Assembly (NCBI GenBank): GCA_902787685.1
Contig: CADAHH010000004.1
Coordinates: 96,310 to 160,309, forward strand
Length of the DNA: 64,000 nucleotides
Source: an uncultured Eubacteriales bacterium
GTDB taxonomy: Bacteria; Bacillota; Clostridia; TANB77; CAG-508
Direction: 5' to 3'
Part shown: positions 14,919 through 22,658 of the stretch, one piece after another
Layout: every line of letters starts with the position of its first letter
Position numbering within the stretch: the first letter of the stretch is position 1
Notes under the pieces: model-generated
The model's input: the letters and a program-made list of their open reading frames with translations, nothing else
Database searches by the model: none
Told to the model about the DNA's origin: nothing
Translations under genes and position numbers: made by a program

Positions 14919-16316
14919 TTATCCTATAGCTCCTTCAAGTTCTAAGTTAATCAAATTATTCATCTCCACTGCATACTCAATTGGAAGTTCTTTTGAAATT
15001 GGTTCTGCAAAGCCTCTTACTATCATTGCTTTTGCATCTTCTTCACTTAAGCCTCTTGTCATTAAATAGAAAATTGATTTATCACTAATCTTCCCTATTT
15101 TTGCTTCATGTGAAAATTCTACTTCATCTGTTCTTATATCATTTACAGGAATTGTATCTGACCTTGATATATCATCTAGCATTAAAGATTCGCAGTCAAC
15201 CGATACTTTTGAATTTTTTGCATTTTCGTTAACTCTAACTAAAGCTCTGTAAGTTGCTGTTCCTCCATTCTTTGAGATTGACTTTGAATTTACAATACTT
15301 GATGTATTTGGTGCGTTGTGAACTACTTTAAATCCTGTATCTAAGTTTTGCCCTTTTCCTGCAAAAGATATTCCTGTATATTCTGTTTTGGCACCTTCTC
15401 CATTTAATATACTCATTGGATATAACATTGATATTTTTGAACCAAATGATCCAGATACCCAATCAACTTTTGCATTTTTGCCTATAATTGCTTTTTTTGT
15501 ATTTAAATTAAGCATATTTTTTGACCAGTTTTCTATTGTAGAATATCTTAAATAGGCATTATCTTTTACATATAATTCTACACATCCTGCATGGAGATTT
15601 ACTTTATTATATTTCGGTGCTGAGCATCCTTCTATAAAATGAAGTGAAGCACCCTCATCTACAATTATTAAAGTATGCTCAAATTGCCCAGATTCTGGAG
15701 AATTTAGTCTAAAATAGCTTTGAATTGGTATCTCAACTTTTACTCCTTTTGGTACATATACAAAAGATCCTCCTGACCAAACAGCACCATGTAAAGCAAC
15801 AAATTTATGGTCATATACTGGAACACATTTCATAAAATGTGCCTTCACTAAATCAGGGTATTCTCTAACTGCTGTTTCCATATCTGTGTAAATAACACCT
15901 TGTTCAAAAAGCTCATTTTTCATACTATGATAAACAACTTCTGAATCATATTGAGCTCCAACTCCTGCTAAAGACTTTTTTTCCGCTTCTGGAATTCCAA
16001 GTTTATCAAATGTATTTTTTATGTCTTCTGGAACTTCATCCCAATTTCCTGTCATCTTAGATTTTGGCCTTACATAAGTTGCTATTTCATCCATATTTAA
16101 TTCAGATAAATCTGGCCCCCATGTTGGAAGTTCAAGTTTTTCATATACTTCTAATGCTTTTAATCTAAACTCTTTCATCCACTCAGGGTCATTTTTTTGT
16201 TTTGATATTTCTTTTATTATTTCAGGGGTTAATCCTTTTTTTATTTTAAAATCATATTCATCTTTGTTTTTTATGTCATAAATATTTCTATTTATTTCTT
16301 CTAATTTTGTTTTCAC
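14919..16316 (-). CDS. sufB: Fe-S cluster assembly protein SufB
   Basis: Full-length SufB-like sequence. GTG start as given by the track. Confidence 0.9.
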   Translation of the reverse strand: MKTKLEEINRNIYDIKNKDEYDFKIKKGLTPEIIKEISKQKNDPEWMKEFRLKALEVYEKLELPTWGPDLSELNMDEIATYVRPKSKMTGNWDEVPEDIKNTFDKLGIPEAEKKSLAGVGAQYDSEVVYHSMKNELFEQGVIYTDMETAVREYPDLVKAHFMKCVPVYDHKFVALHGAVWSGGSFVYVPKGVKVEIPIQSYFRLNSPESGQFEHTLIIVDEGASLHFIEGCSAPKYNKVNLHAGCVELYVKDNAYLRYSTIENWSKNMLNLNTKKAIIGKNAKVDWVSGSFGSKISMLYPMSILNGEGAKTEYTGISFAGKGQNLDTGFKVVHNAPNTSSIVNSKSISKNGGTATYRALVRVNENAKNSKVSVDCESLMLDDISRSDTIPVNDIRTDEVEFSHEAKIGKISDKSIFYLMTRGLSEEDAKAMIVRGFAEPISKELPIEYAVEMNNLINLELEGAIG

Positions 16317-16374
16317 CTTTCCTACTTCTCACCTCTCACATCTAGCTTCTCACTTCCTGTTTTCCACTTCAAAA
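16317..16374 (-). repeat. Purine-rich GAGGT/GAAGT repeat (mRNA sense), family E half-element
   Basis: The sense strand reads gaagtggaaaacaggaagtgagaagctagatgtgagaggtgagaagtaggaaagg. It is related to the arms at 22557-22658 and 39271-39349. Confidence 0.5.
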
Positions 16375-17112
16375 TTATTTATAGTTCTTATATCCATTTT
16401 CCTCTATATCTTTTATTATTTCTTCTCCACCGGTCTTTACAATTTTACCATTTACTAAAACATGTACATAATCCACCTTTAGATTTTTAAGTATTTTAGC
16501 ATTATGAGTAATAATTAATACTGCATTATCTTTATTTTTGAACATTTCTATACCCTTAGACACTACATTTATTGCGTCTACATCTAAGCCAGAATCTGTT
16601 TCATCTAATATTGCAAGTTTAGGATTTAAAACAAGCATTTGAAGAATTTCATTTTTCTTTTTTTCTCCTCCAGAAAACCCTACATTTAAATCTCTTTCAC
16701 TATATTCTGGCTTTATTTGAAGTTCATTCATTTTTTGCTTAACTTCTTCTTTAAATTTAAATATTTTTACTGGCTCTCCTGTTACTTTATTTTTAGCAGT
16801 TTTTAAAAAATTAGTAACCGATATTCCTGGTATTTCTTCTGGAAGTTGAAAAGACATAAATACACCTTTTCGAGCTATTTCATCAGGTGATAAATTTGTA
16901 ATATTTTCATTTTCAAATACAATACTACCATCCATTTTTGTATACTCTGGATTATTAAATATTGCATTTGCAGTAGTTGATTTTCCAGAACCATTTGGTC
17001 CCATAATAACATGAACTTCACCTTTATTAATTTTTAAATCTATTCCCTTTAAAATTTCTTTTTCACCCGCATTTACATATAAATTATTTATTTCTAATAG
17101 TTCGTTTTTCAT
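16375..17112 (-). CDS. sufC: Fe-S cluster assembly ATPase SufC
   Basis: Walker A GPNGSGKST, ABC signature FSGGEKK, Walker B LAILDE. Confidence 0.92.
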   Translation of the reverse strand: MKNELLEINNLYVNAGEKEILKGIDLKINKGEVHVIMGPNGSGKSTTANAIFNNPEYTKMDGSIVFENENITNLSPDEIARKGVFMSFQLPEEIPGISVTNFLKTAKNKVTGEPVKIFKFKEEVKQKMNELQIKPEYSERDLNVGFSGGEKKKNEILQMLVLNPKLAILDETDSGLDVDAINVVSKGIEMFKNKDNAVLIITHNAKILKNLKVDYVHVLVNGKIVKTGGEEIIKDIEENGYKNYK

Positions 17113-17133
17113 CTTAAAATCCTTTCTTTTTTG

Positions 17134-17206
17134 TTATCACTGGCTTTGTGTACGTGACCGCGTTTTTGATAAAATTTAACACAGCTAAAATTGTAATTAT
17201 TTTTCA
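17134..17206. repeat. Family C repeat (right half of the GTAC hairpin plus aaaattgtaattatttttcaa terminus)
   Basis: gtgtacgtgaccgcgtttttgataaaatttaacacagctaaaattgtaattatttttcaa aligns with 7165-7225. It overlaps the TGA stop of the DtxR-like gene. Confidence 0.75.
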
Positions 17207-17647
17207 ATCGTTAACTCTTCTCTTGCAAGTTCTGCATCTCTCTTGTGCTATATCATAGTTACAATTCAATTCATTTAAATTAAGAACTTTATGCACATAT
17301 TTAGCTAAACTATTTAACGTATAATCTTCCATAGTAAGTTTGAGTTTTTCCGCTTCTTTTCTTGCTTTTTCTTCATCTAGCTCTAAAACATCTTTAAGAA
17401 AAACATAACTTATATCATATGCTTCTAAGACTTTTTTTGCTATATCTTCACCTTTATCTGTAAGCTCTATTTTTCCATATGTTTTATTATTTACTAAATC
17501 TAATCCTTTTAAATTATTAATAGCTTTTGTTACACTTGGTTTTGAAACATTTAAACTTTCTGCTATATCAGTAACTCTGATTTCTTCATTTTTTATTTTT
17601 AGCACATACATTGTTTTTAAATATTCTTCTTGTGATTTTGATATCAT
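17204..17647 (-). CDS. DtxR/MntR-family metal-dependent repressor
   Basis: N-terminal winged HTH (VTDIAESLNVSKPSVTKAINNL) plus a dimerisation domain, located directly upstream of sufC. Confidence 0.75.
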   Translation of the reverse strand: MISKSQEEYLKTMYVLKIKNEEIRVTDIAESLNVSKPSVTKAINNLKGLDLVNNKTYGKIELTDKGEDIAKKVLEAYDISYVFLKDVLELDEEKARKEAEKLKLTMEDYTLNSLAKYVHKVLNLNELNCNYDIAQERCRTCKRRVND

Positions 17648-17748
17648 TTATTTCTCCTTCAATGTTAGCTTCGGCTAACATTATATTATAATTATCCCCT
17701 ATTGTCAATTGAAAATACAAAAAATATTTACTTTTTTTGAAATATCCC

Positions 17749-17777
17749 TTGACAAAAATAGAAACAAATACTATAAT
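17749..17777 (+). promoter_or_regulatory. Consensus promoter for tRNA-Leu
   Basis: TTGACA-17-TATAAT, ~35 nt upstream of the tRNA. Confidence 0.7.
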
Positions 17778-17812
17778 ACTATTTGTCGTAAGACAAAATC
17801 TACCAATAAAAT

Positions 17813-17900
17813 GCAGATGTGGCGGAATTGGTAGACGCACAGGACTTAAAATCCTGCGGTTGAATAAACCGTGCCGGTTCGATTCCGGCCATCTGCACCA
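17813..17900 (+). tRNA. tRNA-Leu, anticodon UAA, long variable arm, CCA encoded
   Basis: Manual cloverleaf: acceptor gcagatg/catctgc, anticodon loop cuUAAaa, T-arm gccgg ttcgatt ccggc. Confidence 0.9.
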
Positions 17901-17937
17901 AAAAAGCAACTATTGAAAGTTGCTTTTTTATTTTTTA
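17901..17937 (+). terminator. Intrinsic terminator after tRNA-Leu
   Basis: aaaaagcaac tattgaaa gttgctttttt. Confidence 0.8.
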
Positions 17938-17945
17938 TTATAATT

Positions 17946-18401
17946 CTACCTACTAAATAATTTATTATTAAAGACTTCTATTGGATAAATATTTTTATCT
18001 TCATAATCTTTAATATACTGAATAGCAATTGAATATTCTCTTAATTCTTTTTCCGTCATTTTTTTAACTTTATCTATATCTAACCATTGAACATCTAAAA
18101 TTTCTTCTTTGTCAAATTGTATATTCTCTTCTATAACTTCAGCAATAAATCTTACCATTAATCTAGGTTCAGCATCTTTAACATCAACAATTCCAATAGG
18201 TAAAACTCCTATAAGTTTTACTCTGCAACCTGTTTCTTCATAAACTTCTCTAATTGCAACATCAGTTATCAATTCTGCTCCATCAACATACCCAGCTGGA
18301 AAATTCCATTTACCATAGCATTTTTTATTTGCTTCTTTAACCATTAAAAACTTATTATCTTTTATAATTATACAACCTGCTATAACTATCATATTTTTCA
18401 T
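17946..18401 (-). CDS. NUDIX hydrolase
   Basis: Nudix box GYVDGAELITDVAIREVYEETG. Confidence 0.85.
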   Translation of the reverse strand: MKNMIVIAGCIIIKDNKFLMVKEANKKCYGKWNFPAGYVDGAELITDVAIREVYEETGCRVKLIGVLPIGIVDVKDAEPRLMVRFIAEVIEENIQFDKEEILDVQWLDIDKVKKMTEKELREYSIAIQYIKDYEDKNIYPIEVFNNKLFSR

Positions 18402-18467
18402 CCCCCGTGTCTTTATCTCTTATTATAAACAAGTAACTATCGATTTCTTTCTATTATTATTTTCTAA

Positions 18468-18809
18468 TTAAAAGCTTTTTGAAATATAATTTAATAAAAC
18501 ATATCCAAGTACTCCTAATATAATCAAAACAGAAATTACAATTGCTTTTACTTTTTTTGTAATTTTTTTATTTAATATAACAAATAATCCTATTATAAAA
18601 ATAACAACTAAAATAATAGGTTTAGCTATTTTTGATAATGTCTCTCCTGTGGTTAATGGTGGTGGCCCATATAATTCTTGTTCTTGTGGTGGCCCATATA
18701 GAGCCTGGATTGGTTCTAACGCAGCTCTTGAAATTAATCCACCTATTTTAGTAAATGCTGAAATAATAATTGCTCCTAAACTAATAAATATTTTCTTAAT
18801 TTTATTCAT
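18468..18809 (-). CDS. Small three-TM membrane protein with a tandem (A/E)LYGPP motif
   Basis: Start set at MNKIKK (GAAGGAGG upstream), overlapping the rSAM stop in an ATGAATAA arrangement. The motif reads ALYGPPQEQELYGPPP. Confidence 0.6.
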   Translation of the reverse strand: MNKIKKIFISLGAIIISAFTKIGGLISRAALEPIQALYGPPQEQELYGPPPLTTGETLSKIAKPIILVVIFIIGLFVILNKKITKKVKAIVISVLIILGVLGYVLLNYISKSF

Positions 18810-19902
18810 TTGCTTTTCCTCCTTCAAAAATTTTTTTTAAACATATTTTAGGTTTCTGATTTTTAAAATCCCATGTATGCAAAGAATCTCCTCTACAATA
18901 CTTCCAATCTTCACATTTTTCACATTCTTTACATTGTAGTTTATCTAAATCTCTAAACCACTTAAATCTATTTTCCCATATGTTTATAAAATCATCTTGT
19001 CTAATATTTCCTTGAATTAGTTCTTTTCTTCTTTCAACATTTGGACATACAAATATATCTCCATTGTATAAAATACTTGCAGTTGTAAAACCAGATGTAC
19101 AAAAGAACATATTTCTCCTTGTTTCTTTCTCATATTTAATGCCTAAATAGTGAGAACAACCATAAGTAACATCCATTTTAGATTTTTTTCGCTTTTCTGC
19201 TATAAACTTAATAAGATATTGATAATCTTTAGTATCAAGCAATAAACCATCATTGTCATTAGCTCTTCCTATTGGATCCATGTTGACAACTCTCCAAGAA
19301 TCTATTTTCAATTCTTTCATCTTATTATACATTTCTTCCAAATCTTTTAAATTTGATTTATTAACTACTGTTGTTACTTGCAAACAATCTAAAAAATTAG
19401 CTTTTTTTAATTTTTGAATATTTTCTATTATTGTTTTATATGACCCTTTTACTCCCCTAAATTCATCATGTGATTCTTCCAGTCCATCTAGACTTATAGA
19501 TATTGTAGCCATTTTAGTATCTTTCATTTTCTGTATAACATCATCATTAATTAAAATTCCGTTTGTTGTCATTCCCCAATGATAACCTAATTTTCTTGCA
19601 AATTCCATCACTTCAAACAAATCTTTTCTTACAAGTGGTTCTCCTCCAGTAATATTTAATAAAATTTTGCTTGTATCATATTTATTAGCAATACTTTGTA
19701 AGGCGTTTTTTATTTCTTCAGTTGTTAGTTCATCTTTGAAGTTACTCTCTTCACCTGCTCTACTACCGCAATGTTTACATTTTGCGTTGCATCTTAAAGT
19801 TGTCTCCCAAAATAAATTATATAAAATAGGTTTTTCAGCTAATACTTTTTTATTTTTATATGTAAGCTCAGCTTCCCCATATTTAATTATATCTTTTAAC
19901 AT
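18802..19902 (-). CDS. Radical SAM enzyme with a C-terminal SPASM-type auxiliary cluster domain
   Basis: CNAKCKHC (CX3CX2C) near the N-terminus. C-terminal Cys-rich region FFCTSG...VCPN...CKECEKCEDWKYCRGD. Confidence 0.8.
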   Translation of the reverse strand: MLKDIIKYGEAELTYKNKKVLAEKPILYNLFWETTLRCNAKCKHCGSRAGEESNFKDELTTEEIKNALQSIANKYDTSKILLNITGGEPLVRKDLFEVMEFARKLGYHWGMTTNGILINDDVIQKMKDTKMATISISLDGLEESHDEFRGVKGSYKTIIENIQKLKKANFLDCLQVTTVVNKSNLKDLEEMYNKMKELKIDSWRVVNMDPIGRANDNDGLLLDTKDYQYLIKFIAEKRKKSKMDVTYGCSHYLGIKYEKETRRNMFFCTSGFTTASILYNGDIFVCPNVERRKELIQGNIRQDDFINIWENRFKWFRDLDKLQCKECEKCEDWKYCRGDSLHTWDFKNQKPKICLKKIFEGGKANE

Positions 19903-20044
19903 AATTTTAATCCCTTATTTTTATTACATTGATATTTTATCATATTAAAAATTAAAAATCTACAATTTAAATAAATTATAATTATTTAATTCTATATTAA
20001 AATGTGATATAATTTGAATAATTATAATTTTAGGAGGTATCAAT

Positions 20045-21079
20045 ATGTCAGAACTAGCCCAAAGAGCACAAATTTCTTATGAAAGAAAAACCAATACATT
20101 ACACTCATTTTTTGCATTAAAATTTCATGATGGTGATGAAGATCGAGCAAAAGTTGAGGCAATAGAATCTGCTTTAAATAAAGCAGGTATAGAAATAACA
20201 TTAATGGCACGTGATGTTGAAAAATGGGGCAATGCAGATATTCCTGCTGGTAAAACCCTAATGAAAGATTATGCTTTTCCAGCAATGTTACAGTGTGATT
20301 GTAATATAATTGAATTTAGTGAAAAAGGTGTCGGTCTTGGTATGAATGGTGGCTTTTGTTATGCTTCAGGAAAGCCTATTTATGTTATTGCAAAAACTGG
20401 TAGTGACATTTCTACAACAATGGCAAATATTGCCACAGAAATAATTTTTTATGATAAACCAGAAGATTTAATAAAACCATTTTCTAGAATTGTAAATAAT
20501 TTCCCACGTGTGATCTTAGCATCTCAATCTGTTTTTCGTAAACAGCAATTGATTGATAACAGTATTCCATTTGAAGCAATTGTTAGTAATGTAGATGAAA
20601 CTCCGGATAAAACAAAATCTTTTAAAAATCAATTAGCTGAAATATCAATGAGAAAAGCTCAAAAAGTTTTAGAGATGACTAAAGCTAGAGGTTTAAGGCT
20701 TATTATTGCTGCAGACCAAAATATGGTATTTAATAATGTGATGTACGGAAAACCTAAATCTATTTCTGATGCCCGCAACCTTTTAATTCAAATGAGAGGT
20801 TCTGAAGAAATATATTTATATACTGGTAATGCTGTACTATTAGCTAAAAATGATAAAATACTTCAAAGTATTAATATTACTGATGTTGCAAGAGTTAGCT
20901 TTGATAATATTTCTGATGAAAAAATAGATGATTATTTAAAAGATGATATCTGTTTATCAATATGTGGTGGAATACAGATTAATAGTCCTTTTATACATCT
21001 TAAAGAAGGACGTTTATCAACTGCACAAGGAATGACTATTGAATATGCAAAAGAGATGATGGCAAATTTAACTATATAA
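20045..21079 (+). CDS. Fusion protein: nucleoside 2-deoxyribosyltransferase-like N-domain plus Maf nucleotide pyrophosphatase C-domain
   Basis: The C-terminal ~190 aa has the Maf pattern (ILASQS..R..LL......VDE...). The N-terminal ~150 aa shows an NDT-like pattern (CDCNIIEF...GVGLGMNGGFCYASGKPIYVIA). Confidence 0.65.
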   Translation: MSELAQRAQISYERKTNTLHSFFALKFHDGDEDRAKVEAIESALNKAGIEITLMARDVEKWGNADIPAGKTLMKDYAFPAMLQCDCNIIEFSEKGVGLGMNGGFCYASGKPIYVIAKTGSDISTTMANIATEIIFYDKPEDLIKPFSRIVNNFPRVILASQSVFRKQQLIDNSIPFEAIVSNVDETPDKTKSFKNQLAEISMRKAQKVLEMTKARGLRLIIAADQNMVFNNVMYGKPKSISDARNLLIQMRGSEEIYLYTGNAVLLAKNDKILQSINITDVARVSFDNISDEKIDDYLKDDICLSICGGIQINSPFIHLKEGRLSTAQGMTIEYAKEMMANLTI

Positions 21080-21080
21080 C

Positions 21081-21108
21081 GGGCGATTAAAATCGCCCCT
21101 ACATTTTC
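21081..21108 (+). terminator. Weak terminator hairpin after the Maf-fusion gene
   Basis: gggcgat taaa atcgccc, followed by a poor T-run. Confidence 0.4.
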
Positions 21109-21159
21109 TATAATTTTTTTCATTACCTTAAAAAATTCAATTTAATATATCTTTTTGTA

Positions 21160-21188
21160 TTGCCAAATTTAAATTTTTGTGTTATTAT
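21160..21188 (+). promoter_or_regulatory. Promoter for tRNA-Trp
   Basis: TTGCCA-17-TATTAT, 15 nt upstream of the tRNA. Confidence 0.55.
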
Positions 21189-21203
21189 AAATAAGTAGCT
21201 TAT

Positions 21204-21278
21204 AGGAGTATAGTGTCAATGGTAGCACATCGGTCTCCAAAACCGCCTGTGAGGGTTCGAATCCTTCTACTCCTGCCA
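21204..21278 (+). tRNA. tRNA-Trp, anticodon CCA, CCA end encoded
   Basis: Acceptor aggagta/tactcct, anticodon loop cuCCAaa, T-loop ggttcgaatcc. Confidence 0.88.
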
Positions 21279-21282
21279 AGTT

Positions 21283-21324
21283 AAAAAAAATCCAAGATTT
21301 ATCAATCTTGGATTTTTTTATTTT
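21283..21324 (+). terminator. Intrinsic terminator after tRNA-Trp
   Basis: aaaaaaaatccaagatt tatca atcttggattttttt. Confidence 0.8.
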
Positions 21325-21335
21325 GCAAATATGTT

Positions 21336-21396
21336 GTCAAAAATCTCCGGTACCGGTGACACAAATTTTTCAAAAATCTCTTGTACCTGCTGCAAT
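21336..21396 (+). repeat. 30-mer repeat family F, tandem pair (second copy degenerate)
   Basis: gtcaaaaatctccggtaccggtgacac, then ttcaaaaatctcttgtacctgctgcaat. Confidence 0.7.
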
Positions 21397-21927
21397 CTAT
21401 TCTATTATCTTTTTTATTTCCTCATCATTTTTCAATCTTTCACTTAGAAAATGTATTGCCCTTTTGTCCTGATTTACTGCAATTTTTGCAATTTCTTCAT
21501 TATCTCTTAATCTGAAACTAGCATATTTTATAATTAGTCCCTTATTTGAAACTGCTGCTTTAACCACATCTTCATCATCTCTTAATTCTTCTGATGCATA
21601 ATATAAAGTTTGCCCATAAGTTTTTACACTTTCAAATATTACATCTTTATCAGCTTTTAATCTTTCTGAAGCATAACAAGCAGTCCAAGGAGCATTTTTT
21701 ATAGCTAACAGCATAATTTCTTTATTATCTTTTAATCTGTCACTTGCAAATTCTAAAGCTTCTCCATCATTTTCTAATGCTTTTTTTACAACCTCTTCAT
21801 CATCTTGTAATTCATTTGATACCCACTCTAATAGCTTTCCTTGATTGCTTACTGCATTTATTACATATTCTTTATTCTTATTATTACTTTTTATTTCTGT
21901 AACTTTTGGATCTTCCAACTTTATCAC
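21397..21927 (-). CDS. DUF4116-type repeat protein
   Basis: Five or so repeats of the pattern ..AV..NG.AL.YAS..LK.D.E... Confidence 0.6.
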   Translation of the reverse strand: MIKLEDPKVTEIKSNNKNKEYVINAVSNQGKLLEWVSNELQDDEEVVKKALENDGEALEFASDRLKDNKEIMLLAIKNAPWTACYASERLKADKDVIFESVKTYGQTLYYASEELRDDEDVVKAAVSNKGLIIKYASFRLRDNEEIAKIAVNQDKRAIHFLSERLKNDEEIKKIIE

Positions 21928-21984
21928 TTTCCTAATCTTATATTCTGGTTAGATAATATATTATCTAACCAGAAAAAGTATTAT

Positions 21985-22536
21985 TTAATCATTATATAAA
22001 TCTACATAAATATCATAATCTCTTAAGATTTTTCTCACATAATTATTAGTTTCTTTAAATGGTATATTTTCTAAATCTGAACCATCTTCTTTTATAGTAC
22101 CTTTGCTAATCCAATTATCAACATTTCCACTTCCTGCATTATAGGCAGCCAAAGCTAACCCTGTATTTTCATATTTTTGAAGTAGTATAGAAATAAGCTT
22201 CGAACCCATATTTATATTAACATCTGGATCATAAATATTATGTTCTGTAACCTTAATTCCTGCTTTTGGAGCAACTTCTGATGCTGTAGTTTCCATTAAT
22301 TGCATTAAACCTAATGCTCCTTGTGATGATTTAGCATATTGGTTAAAATTACTTTCTGCTTTAATAGTAGCATAAATTAAATATTTATCAACATTATACT
22401 CTTTCGAATACTTTTCTACATATTCAGAATAATCTATTTTATATATTTTTTTTAAAGTAAAATTTTTAACTTTGTCAAAATTTACACATAATACTATTAC
22501 TAATAGTATTAGAATAATGCTTAAAATTTTTTTCAA
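21985..22536 (-). CDS. Lytic transglycosylase (SLT domain), membrane anchored
   Basis: Catalytic region IKAESNFN...GALGLMQLM...AYNAG. TTG start with a GAGGAGAG SD. Confidence 0.8.
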   Translation of the reverse strand: MKKILSIILILLVIVLCVNFDKVKNFTLKKIYKIDYSEYVEKYSKEYNVDKYLIYATIKAESNFNQYAKSSQGALGLMQLMETTASEVAPKAGIKVTEHNIYDPDVNINMGSKLISILLQKYENTGLALAAYNAGSGNVDNWISKGTIKEDGSDLENIPFKETNNYVRKILRDYDIYVDLYND

Positions 22537-22556
22537 ATTCTTTCACTCTCCTCGAT

Positions 22557-22658
22557 TAGAAGTGAGGAGTTAAAGGTCAGAAGTCAGAGGTCAGATTCAT
22601 CTTCCTACTTCCTACCTCCAACCTCTTATCTCTAACCTCTTACTTTTTACCTCACTTG
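22557..22658. repeat. Family E hairpin: purine-rich GAGGT/GAAGT arm paired to a pyrimidine-rich arm
   Basis: gaagtgaggagttaaaggtcagaagtcagaggtcaga pairs with tcttcctacttcctacctccaacctctt...cctcacttg. It contains the polA TGA stop inside aagTGAgg. Confidence 0.65.

Noticed and set aside
17660-17695. Hairpin tgttagc-ttcg-gctaaca in the leader of the DtxR-like gene
   Set aside because: This is a short isolated stem with no recognisable operator or riboswitch context. It was noted but is insufficient to call a feature.
17586-17909. 107-aa minus-strand ORF in the track
   Set aside because: It overlaps tRNA-Leu and its promoter on the opposite strand and shares sequence with the DtxR-like gene start. 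It is an artefact of the tRNA's GC-rich sequence.
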